This document shows positions 1 to 64,000 of a stretch of 64,000 nucleotides of DNA, in pieces. The notes beneath the pieces were generated by a model that worked only from the letters and a program-made list of their open reading frames with translations, was not told the origin of the DNA and made no database searches. Source of the stretch: Octopus bimaculoides (Eukaryota); assembly GCF_001194135.2 (NCBI RefSeq), contig NC_068985.1, forward strand, positions 9,400,968 through 9,464,967, in the 5' to 3' direction. How positions within the stretch are numbered: the stretch's first letter is position 1; each line of letters starts with the position of its first letter. Position numbers and translations under genes: made by a program.

Positions 1-31
1 GTCCTCGTCTGTTGTTTTTTCGTACATTCTC

Positions 32-70
<39 letters not shown>

Positions 71-115
71 ACCTAATCTTATGATACAGAATAATAAATG
101 CTCATATCCACTTGC

Positions 116-62530
<62,415 letters not shown>

Positions 62531-62969
62531 CTACAAGAAGATCAAGTATAAAATATTAGCCAAAACAATAAAAACAACAAGAACATAGCAAAAGTTTCCA
62601 GTTTATTTCAAACATTAAATCTTTTCTTTGATGCGTTTCTTGTAATTTTGCTAATATGAAACTGCAAAAAATGTTCTCACCAATTGTGAATAGCAAGATG
62701 TGGTGAAGAATCAACAACTATATTTATGATCTTACACACACAAATGCACACATATATATATATTATCATTTTAATGGTCACTTTTCTATGCTCACATGAG
62801 CCACACACGATTTTTAAGTATGATTTTCTAAGGCTAGATGTCCTCCCTATATCTAACTCTCACCTGTTTCCAAGTAAGGTAATGCTTTGCATCGCTAGAA
62901 ATGCTTTCATGGAAGATTGAACACAAAAGACACTGCTTATATGACAGTGACACTTGTTTACAGCTAGAG

Positions 62970-64000
62970 ACAGAGACACTATGACACACAGAAGTCACTA
63001 AGACACACACAAGTCACTATGATACACACAAGACACTATGACACACAGAAGTCACTATGACACACACAAGACACTATGATACACACAAGACACTATGACA
63101 CACAGAAGTCACTAAGACACACACAATTCACTAAGACACACACAAGTCACTATGACACACACAAGACACTGAGACACAAACAAGTCACTATGACACACAC
63201 AAGACACTATGACACACAGAAGACACTATGACACACAGAATTCACTAAGACACACACAAGTCACTATGACACACNNNNNNNNNNNNNNNNNNNNNNNNNN
63301 NNNNNNNNNNNNNNNNNNNNNNNNNNNNNNNNNNNNNNNNNNNNNNNNNNNNNNNNNNNNNNNNNNNNNNNNNNNNNNNNNNNNNNNNNNNNNNNNNNNN
63401 NNNNNNNNNNNNNNNNNNNNNNNNNNNNNNNNNNNNNNNNNNNNNNNNNNNNNNNNNNNNNNNNNNNNNNNNNNNNNNNNNNNNNNNNNNNNNNNNNNNN
63501 NNNNNNNNNNNNNNNNNNNNNNNNNNNNNNNNNNNNNNNNNNNNNNNNNNNNNNNNNNNNNNNNNNNNNNNNNNNNNNNNNNNNNNNNNNNNNNNNNNNN
63601 NNNNNNNNNNNNNNNNNNNNNNNNNNNNNNNNNNNNNNNNNNNNNNNNNNNNNNNNNNNNNNNNNNNNNNNNNNNNNNNNNNNNNNNNNNNNNNNNNNNN
63701 NNNNNNNNNNNCTATGACACACACAAGACACTATGACACACACAAGACACTATGACACACACAAGTCACTATGACACACACAAGTCACTATGACACACAC
63801 AAGTCACTATGACACACACAAGTCACTATGACACACACAAGACACTATGACACACACAAGACACTAAGATACACAGAAGACACTATGACACACAGAAGAC
63901 ACTATGACACACAGAAGACACTATGACACACACAAGACACTATGACACACACAAGACACTATGACACACACAAGACACTATGACACACACAAGACACTAT
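62970..64000. repeat. 19-bp minisatellite (gacactatgacacacacaa)n spanning an N gap and running off the window
   Basis: Tandem periodicity directly visible, with gtcact/gacact and cacaa/cagaa variants. Confidence 0.93.

Overview
Eukaryotic, AT-rich, repeat-dense DNA with several N gaps. The repeat complement suggests an octopus/coleoid cephalopod (inference). The whole window lies inside one large minus-strand gene, the WDFY3/ALFY (Drosophila blue cheese) orthologue. I traced 46 coding exons by hand (about 7.0 kb, about 2,330 codons). Splice phases are continuous throughout except for one break at the 20105-20401 gap. The exons run from the central region through the ConA-like, PH-like and BEACH domains into the WD40 repeats; the N-terminus and the C-terminal FYVE region lie outside the window. 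One donor appears to be GC. Introns are packed with tRNA-derived SINEs, RTE, CR1-like and R4-like LINE remnants, piggyBac- and hAT-like MITEs, and micro/minisatellites. The most notable observation is a Penelope-like (GIY-YIG) element family whose terminal repeat joins a tRNA-like Pol III head to a minimal type I hammerhead ribozyme motif. There are seven copies, two of them arranged as inverted pairs, and all four copies in the host-sense orientation have damaged cores. Also notable: SINE bodies and tails mixed in different combinations, an AP-1-motif minisatellite that appears derived from a splice donor, and inverted repeats that could form dsRNA near exons. Comparisons to known proteins and repeat families are from recalled knowledge, not database searches.
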